Shown one piece after another: positions 56,637-64,000 of a stretch of 64,000 nucleotides of DNA. The DNA is taken from assembly GCF_009914755.1 (NCBI RefSeq), contig NC_060926.1; one strand, given 5' to 3'. The DNA comes from the human T2T-CHM13v2.0 reference genome, Homo sapiens. The first letter of the stretch is position 1. The number at the start of each line of letters is the position of its first letter. The notes under the pieces were generated by a model that saw nothing but the letters and a program-made list of their open reading frames with translations, had not been told where the DNA came from and made no database searches. The position numbers were made by a program, and so were the translations under genes.

Positions 56637-58080
56637 GTCCATTCTCTGTGTTGCTCAATTCTATTTGTTTCTTACTCCAACCTATTACAGCTTTTCAATG
56701 CTTCTGGACCTCTGGGAAAACTTGAAAGAAGGGTGTGTGTGGAATGGGCTAGTGTACCCAATGCTACAAATGGTTCATGGACTCTAACGAATGTTCGTCA
56801 TCTCCCTCCTTTACCACCCATTCTTGATTCATTTAACCCACAGTCTGCTGGTGACCTGCCTAGAGAGGAGAAGTTTTATTAATAATATTATTATTATTAA
56901 TATCAGGGACAAGGACAATAATTTGGGGTAGAAGATTGTCTTAGTACAACCTAGAAAAAGAACCTGAAATGAGGATCCTTATGCAGGAGAAATCTATAGA
57001 AGACCCAGAACCTCCTTCCTGCACGTCTTGAGCTTCTACCACGCCTTTGTGTGGTCACGGTCCTGGTGGCTAGCCAAAGAAAATTAAGCCCTGAGAGTAA
57101 CAAAAGATGGCCTATGTCCATCAAAATGCTGCACAAATTCCTGCTTGCCCCCATTACATACCAGCAGTCCTATCTCCTTATAATGGTCAGGGACAAGTTC
57201 TTCTGCCAGTGTGGGAACTCCTTTCTTTGCCTACTGATCTTCTAATGCAAGAAGTGACCAGGTGGTAGCCAAAACTTTAGGTGAGTGTGACTTTTACTGG
57301 AGGTGACGGTGAATGGGGTCATTTCTAGTTCTAGCCCTTGGGTACTAGATCCATATAGTCTAGCTACTGGGGACATAAGACCAATAAAATAGCCATTGGT
57401 AAAAATTCAGTGCGGCATCCTAATGAATTGCTTCTTATCTTCAAAGCTGTGTCTTTAAGAGGTCATTCTAATTATTTGTCATGCCAGTAGCTTCTGGATG
57501 GTGTGGTATTGGTATGACCAGTAGATTGCATGGTCATGCGCCCATAGTTACACCTTTTTTGCCAGAAAGTGGGTCTCTTGATCCAAAGTAATGTTATGCA
57601 GGCTACTAAGTCAGTGGTGAATCAAACAGTGGGGCTGGCTGAGGCACTGTAAGAGCAGTAAAGGTGAACTCATCTCTACAAGACACATCAGTTCTGGTCA
57701 GGATAAGTGACTGCTCCCTCCAGGATGTGGGGATCCATCTTAGAATGCATTGCTGCTGGTTTTGCCTTGGGAAGTTAGCAAATTCTTAGGCACTTCCAAG
57801 CAAAGTGACTTCAATTGCCCAAGGACTGAACGTAATGCCCCAGAAAAAGTTGCAGTGTGAACTGTTACCAGGAACACCTACAGCATTCAGTAAAAGGGAT
57901 TTCCAAGCATCTGGCCTTTTTAGTTCTTCATACCATCTCAGGAGGAACAGGGACAATATTCTCAGATGGCCAGAGAGGCCAGCCTGGTAAAGTAATTGAG
58001 TGAAGCATGCCAAGTTGGAGCTATGGCCAGCTTGAGAGCTAACGCCCAGTCTAAAGGGAAGTACCAATTTATTATTGCCA
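56637..58080 (-). mobile_element. ERVL internal remnant including decayed integrase
   Basis: Reverse strand ~57440-57730 reads 'ggatcaagagacccactttctggcaaaaaaggtg...tgggcgcatgaccatgcaatctactggtcatac...caccatccagaagctactggc', i.e. decayed DQGTHF-AKEV-QWAH-HGIHWSYH--HHPEAAG. Confidence 0.75.
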
Positions 58081-58336
58081 GCATTGTCCGGTCTTACAAT
58101 TTCTCATGAGACTCTGACAATCTAGATTTATTTTCATGTAAACTCTCTCAATTTTTAAAATACTGACAAATATATTATCAGGTTTTTAAAAATAGAAAAC
58201 ATGAAATTCCCAAATTAGGATAGATGGAGGAGGAAGGATGGCAGAGAGTGGATCTGCAGGAGTAGATGGAAGATATCCAGCACAATGATCGATTCAGAGT
58301 TTTCAAAAACACTCTGGGCCAATAGCTTCCAGGCAT

Positions 58337-58734
58337 TATATTAGTCTTCTTGGGCTGCCATAACAAAATACCATAGACTGGAGGGCTTAAACAGCAGAGA
58401 TTTATTTTCTCCCAGTTCTGGGAGCTGGAAGTCCAAGATCAGGGTGCTAGCATGGTCAATTTCTGGCAAGAGCTGGTCTCCTGGCTTGCAGACAGCTGCC
58501 TTATTGCTGTATACTCACATCGCCTTGGCTCAGTGTGTGCTCATGGAGAGGAGAGAGAGCTCACTGGCATCTCTTCTTATAAGGATACTAGTCTGATCAG
58601 ATCACGGCCCCACCATAATGACCTCATTTCATCTTAATTACTTCCTTAGAAGCCCCATCTCCAAATACAGTCACATGAAGGTAAGGGCTTCAACATATGA
58701 ATTCTGGGAGGACTTAAACACCCAGTCCCCTGCA
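58337..58734 (-). mobile_element. MLT1A/B MaLR solo LTR
   Basis: 'gggctgccataacaaaataccatagactgg'; perfect 5-bp TSD ggcat. Confidence 0.88.
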
Positions 58735-59324
58735 GGCATCAGAAAAAAAAACCTTAGATAAAACAAAGGAGACGTGTCCCACAGCTAGCATTAAAACACC
58801 AGTGTTTGACCTCTGATACAAACAGCAACTACCTGCCTGCGTATAAGTTTGACCCTATATAAATGTGCTGTATTTATGTGTCCCAAACTGTGACTCAGTT
58901 AGACAGTATTTGGGTCACAATATGTGATTTACTGTTTAATTGATTACCCTGAGTTTTCACCTGTAAAAAGGAATAATGAGTAATATAGAAAAATTATAGA
59001 ACTAGAAAATATGTTGCTGAGATTTTCACTTGAGACGCATTGTCTGGTTCATCGAGTATTGACCTAGTAATGTAATTGTTCTTTTTGACTTCACACGGAG
59101 CTATGTAGTTTAAAGCAGTAGGCAGTGGAACAGAAAACTAAAAACAATGTAGAATTGAAAATGGAAATCAGGCACATTGTTACTCTTAGTGTCAGAGTAA
59201 ATTTAGATGTCCCAGCTGATTATGAATTTTAATAGGACCTTCCATCAGAAACCAAAAAGGGCCTCAAGGAGCTTAAGACCGTATTCCTCCGGCAACCAAA
59301 GTAATTGCTCTATATCTGTATTAA

Positions 59325-59502
59325 CACCAAAGTGTAGTCACAAACAACTTCAGTACCACCTGAGAACTTGTTAGAAATGCAAAATTTTGAGCCCCACCCC
59401 AGATCCACTGAATCAGAAACTCTGGGAATGAAGCCCAACAACCCATTTTACCAGGCCCTCTGGGTGATTCTGGTGCATATTATGGTTTGAGAATCATTGC
59501 TG
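59325..59502. mobile_element. MER5A hAT element
   Basis: 'gaacttgttagaaatgcaaa...ccccaccccaga...actgaatcagaaactctggg'. Confidence 0.8.
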
Positions 59503-59699
59503 TATATAAGCAAGTTGATAGAAAGATGAACTCAGGAGAAGGGGAAGGAGCTACCTTTTACCGAGCTTCTACAATGTCCCAGGCACACTTTTAGGAGACT
59601 CATCAGCATCAGGGTATGAACCCAAATCTATCTAACTCTGAAGACCATGTGTTCATTCCATTTAGTCAAATTTCCTCACCTTCAAATATATATGAAGTA

Positions 59700-59880
59700 T
59701 CTCAATTGGACCAAGTGCTTCTTATATGTTATCCTGTTTAATCTTTACACAGATATTAGGAAGTAGGCTACATTATTTCTATTTCACAGATGAAGAAGTT
59801 CAGATTTATAGAAGCTAAGTCACTTTCTCATGTGGCGTAGACAGTAAGTAGCATAGCTGGGTTGATACAAAGCCCATGAT
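59700..59880 (-). mobile_element. MIR fragment
   Basis: 'tttaatctttacac...atttcacagatgaagaa' core. Confidence 0.6.
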
Positions 59881-61835
59881 CTCACCTTGCCTCCCTGCAC
59901 CAAACCTTTCCCTTAATTTTTAAAATCTTCTACCTCTGGTTGCCATTCCCTGCCTACTGCTAATCTGTTTTCCATATTAGAGGATTTCATCTTTCTCATC
60001 TTGCATCCTTCACCTGAACCACAGAACACAGGAAATGATTCAAATGACGATTCTCCCAGTTCTCCCATGGGTGGTTCTTAGCTAGTTCCAGGATAGCTGT
60101 GTGGTAGTGGGAGCTAATTCATTACACGCAGTGGAAGCCTTGGGCATCCGGGCTCAGCACTCTCACAGAACCCCCATCAGGAAAGCCTAGAAGACATATG
60201 AGAAACTCTTCTTATTCACCCATCTGGCAATTCATTTTGCTGTTTTCTTTCCAAGTTCCTCTTTGAATATCTTCCTTCAGTCAGAAAATTTGGCAAAAGA
60301 AAGCATGGTGTAACTGAGAAGACACTGAGCCAGGGCTCAGGAGATTTAAACCAAACACCTCTGCTAGGCAGATGTGCCTCACTTGATAATTCATTTTAAT
60401 TTCCTGTTTTTTTCTCTTCACGGGGAAAATGTGGTCTGGATTAATGAATGTCGAGGGCCTATATGTCCAGCTCCAGCATGCTACTGTTTATGAAAAGAAA
60501 TTAAGCACGGCTGTCAAATTCCCCTTCTTCATCCCAAAAAAGCATTGAAAAGGGAAATATACATAACTCATTATTGTGTGTATGTATGTCTTATTTGGGA
60601 CCCTTTGAATATTACTCTATGTGGTTTTCTTGGTAGTCCCAATTATTTCTTCAGATATATATTTGGAGGGATCTTTGTTCACAAAGTATTTTCATTTAGG
60701 ACTCAAGCTAGGATAAAGAGTAAGGCTTGTGGTTATCCTAACCATTCTTAAGAAGTCTTTCTGATGTCCCGAATCTAACCTACTGTGGCATGTAATTTTA
60801 TTCAGTTCAATTCAATTCAACCAGTTTTACTGTGCAGTATTTTATCACGGGCACACCCAGTAAACATTATATTAACTCAAAAGCTAGTTAGAAATTCTAT
60901 TCCAGTGGAAAAGGTTAATACCATGAGTGACTAGGCCTGCTAATTCATGCTTGTAGAGGTTATGGTAGAATATTCCCCAGTGAATTCATTTTGGAGGAGT
61001 AGAGTCCATTTTTATTCTTGTCTGGAGTGCGTAATATGAAGCTTTTCATATCTCTGAAGCTTTACATTAGCCATTTTGGGTTGGCTTTTTAAGAGACTCT
61101 CCTAGAAAGAGAACAGTAAAAACTCTTGCCTTTTATAATCATGCATCATCTTTCAGTCTACGTACATATATCAAGTTAAAAAAATTCATAAAGAAAATCT
61201 AAAATATACCACTCAAGCAAACTTAGACAAGTGTTGCATATTTTTGTAGAAAATCAAATTAGTCAAAATAAGATTTACAGAATGTTCCAAATCTCTATCA
61301 ACTGGATTGTTTGTAGGTTAATCAGAGGAGATTTTAAATGACCAAAGGGAGGGATGGGGAAGAAAGACTCTCCTAACACTTAACTGCTTGCAGCTGCTAT
61401 TTTAGCCGCCAGCCAATAAAGATTTATAAACAATCCATTCTTTGTTTCATGCTGAGGTCCTTCAGTACACAGAAAAGAGGATGAAATTCAGCATGGTTAC
61501 TTTTGGCATAGGACTACTGGGCCCAAATCTACAGTTTATGCAAAACAAAGAATGAGAAAATGGAAGTATGAGGAAATAATTGGTATCAAGAATTGAATGA
61601 TATGATCACTTATAACCATCCCCAGCCTAACCAGCTGTATTATTTACACACTAATAAATATTTCTGCTTAGGCATTTAATCTCTACAGATATTGGGTCAA
61701 TAAGAGTGTAAGATTTTTGCAAATGTACAAATTTGCCGAAATCATCTAAAACTCTCCCAAATAAAATTAGTGTTCTTTCTCTTTTTAAGAATTGGGAGCT
61801 GTATACATGATTGACTAACTGTGAGAGTTAGACTA

Positions 61836-62148
<313 letters not shown>

Positions 62149-62802
62149 GACATGAATACAAAGCGTATGTATGTCATATGTATATAGAGTGTTCTATTGT
62201 GATTAGGTAAAATTAACAACGTTTGTCTTGCATGTTGAAAATTAAAGGTAGTTATACTTGGGCTAAAGATAGGTAGACATAATTACCTGTTAACATTAAC
62301 ATTAACCATTTTTGGTTTTTACTATTGCTATACATATAATCTATTTTTCCATATATTGTAAATAATTTTGACACTCATTCTTTTATTCATTAATTGATCC
62401 ATTTAATAAGCATTTGTTGAATACTTACCATGTACCATGCACCCTGATAGGCAAGGAGAATGCAAGTAATAGGACAGTTAAGATCCCTGACCACTGCATC
62501 TCAGTGGGTGAAAAAAACAGTAAACAAACAACTAAAACTAATGACATTAAAACTGAGACTCAAATGATAAGAAGGAGCCAGCCATATGACTCCTTCCGGG
62601 CAACCAGGAATGACAGGAGCTGGTGTGACTGGAGTTAGGTGAGGGAGGGAGGTGCAGCAAAGGAGGTGGGAGGGCCCTGGCCATGGGTGATTTGTATGAT
62701 ATGGGAAAATGTTTGGAATTTATTCTGATACAAAGGAAGTCATTAAAAGGTTTTTAATCAAGAGACTAACATGAGATCACCTTTGTTTAAAAATAATCAT
62801 TG

Positions 62803-63080
<278 letters not shown>

Positions 63081-63083
63081 TCA

Positions 63084-63468
63084 TGCTATGGTTTTCATGT
63101 GTTCTTCAAACTTATGTGTTGGAAACTTGATCCCCAGTGTGGCAGTGTTGGGACATGGGGCATAATGGAAGATGTTTGAGTCATGGGGGCACTAACCTCA
63201 GGAATGGATTAATGACATAATTGCAGGAGTGGGTTTGTTATCATTTGAGTGGGTTCCACGTGAAAGTATGAGTTTGGCCCCCTTTTGCTCTCTCTTTGTC
63301 CTTCACCTTTCGCCAATAAGATGATGCAGCAAGAAGGCCCTAACCAGATGCTGGTGCCTTGATCTTGGACTTCCCATTCTCTGGAACTGTGAGAAAATAA
63401 ATTTCTGTTCTTTATAAATTACCCAGTCTCAGGTATTATGTTATAGCAGCACAAAACATACTAAGACA
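63084..63468 (+). mobile_element. MST-type MaLR solo LTR
   Basis: tgctatggtt start; 'ataaattacccagtctcaggtatt...ctaagaca' end. Confidence 0.85.
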
Positions 63469-63748
63469 ATCACCCTAGAGACTATGTAAAGAATGAATTT
63501 GAGGGGACCTCCAAATGAATAAATAGGTATGCAGATTAGGTGAATATTTTAGTTATCCAGGTGGAAAATGATGAACAAAGGTATATATTTTGTAGGTAGA
63601 ATCATTGGTATTTACTCAGATGACTCCCAGGTTTCTGACTTTAGTAATTGAACAGAAAATGACAGTGTCATTTCCTAAGATAGAAACTATTGAGTGAAGT
63701 TCAGGTCTGTGGGAATGGGCATGGGGGTAATCGAGAGTTTCATTTTGA

Positions 63749-64000
<252 letters not shown>

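Overview
Primate (human-like) non-coding genomic DNA, intergenic or deep-intronic. I find no credible protein-coding exon, tRNA, rRNA or CRISPR array. The listed ORFs are Alu/L1/LTR/Tigger-derived, low-complexity, or chance. Much of the window is interspersed repeat: about 23 Alu/FLAM pieces, old L1M and younger L1PA 3' ends, L2/MIR, MaLR LTRs (THE1/MST/MLT1), a MER11 solo LTR, an ERVL remnant with a nested MLT2A, a near full-length Tigger1 carrying four Alus, and MER33/MER58/MER47/MER5A. The most interesting signals are local DNA-copying scars that repeat annotation does not explain: (1) a ~460-bp inverted duplication 3.1 kb apart (30095-30553 / 33660-34116) joined to a 26-bp direct copy, with a centre-high identity gradient suggesting gene conversion; (2) a ~385-bp inverted duplication of apparently unique sequence (44780-45430 / 47063-47446) with an AluY in one arm only; (3) a direct re-copy of an LTR/flank junction inside the ERVL; (4) a perfect 29-bp-arm hairpin; (5) an L1 3' transduction; (6) a polar two-type 30-bp minisatellite. 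Repeat family names come from recall of consensus sequences and identities were counted by eye, so both are approximate.
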